Positions 63,763 to 64,000 of a DNA stretch of 64,000 bases are shown piece after piece. The stretch's first letter is position 1. Every line of letters begins with the position of its first letter. Source of the DNA: Cystobasidiomycetes sp. EMM_F5 (taxonomy: Eukaryota); contig JBPGPT010000001.1 in the NCBI GenBank assembly GCA_051047955.1, forward strand, positions 310,001 to 374,000. The letters run 5' to 3'. The notes beneath the pieces are model-generated. The model searched no databases. It was not told the origin of the DNA and worked only from the letters and a program-made list of their open reading frames with translations. The position numbers and the translations under genes are program-made.

Positions 63763-64000
63763 TCAGAGGTAGGCCATATCCGACATTGCTCCAGCGGGAT
63801 TTGTCGTTCGGCGTTTCTTCGTAGGTCCAATTGGGAAGAGAGGAGAGGGATACCTTTGAGGGCTGGTCAGCGGCATGGAGAAGTCATCCGCGTCTGAACT
63901 GGAAAGGCAAGGAGGCTTGGCGATGTTCCAGGTCGATAAAGATGGCAAACGAGTATGCTGAGTGCCGAAATCATCGTCCATATCGTCGAGTACGGGTCCA
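63763..64000 (-). CDS. Probable 3' end of a gene that starts beyond the window, unknown product
   Basis: Open frame to the window edge encoding an S/P-rich sequence with 'KKRR'. Confidence 0.4.
   Translation of the reverse strand, partial: GPVLDDMDDDFGTQHTRLPSLSTWNIAKPPCLSSSDADDFSMPLTSPQRYPSPLFPIGPTKKRRTTNPAGAMSDMAYL

Noticed and set aside
1..64000. Transposons, CRISPR arrays, tRNA/rRNA genes, secondary-metabolite cluster, genome-wide UGA reassignment
   Set aside because: I saw no transposase, reverse transcriptase, repeat-spacer array, cloverleaf or PKS/NRPS. TGA acts as a normal stop in many conserved genes here (CYB2, ZIP, ISA1, CSL).

Overview
This is a gene-dense eukaryotic window with many short (about 50-80 nt) GT-AG introns and CTRAY branch points. 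It is a fungal nuclear chromosome segment, most likely a basidiomycete yeast (inference from intron style and gene set). I reconstruct about 33 protein-coding genes by hand, so exon boundaries are approximate unless stated. Most are housekeeping genes: MFS transporter, PET8, TRK, RAD23, flavocytochrome b2, NECAP, LSB6, SNU23, ZIP zinc transporter, IleRS, aldo-keto reductase, ISA1, mL54, MRI1, PIG-A, SWS1, CSL transcription factor, PRB1, DRS2, TIM17 and vigilin. I saw no tRNA, rRNA, transposon or CRISPR array. Four observations stand out. (1) Two tandem orphan paralogs (48786-50996) have identical intron positions, and one carries a single in-frame TGA although homology continues beyond it. (2) Five intronless small type-I membrane proteins share a signal / pro-peptide / R-A cleavage / TM architecture and form two convergent arrays. 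(3) A properly spliced mini-RAD23 paralog keeps only the XPC-binding and UBA2 domains and lies directly behind RAD23. (4) A flavocytochrome b2 has no mitochondrial leader and ends in SKL.
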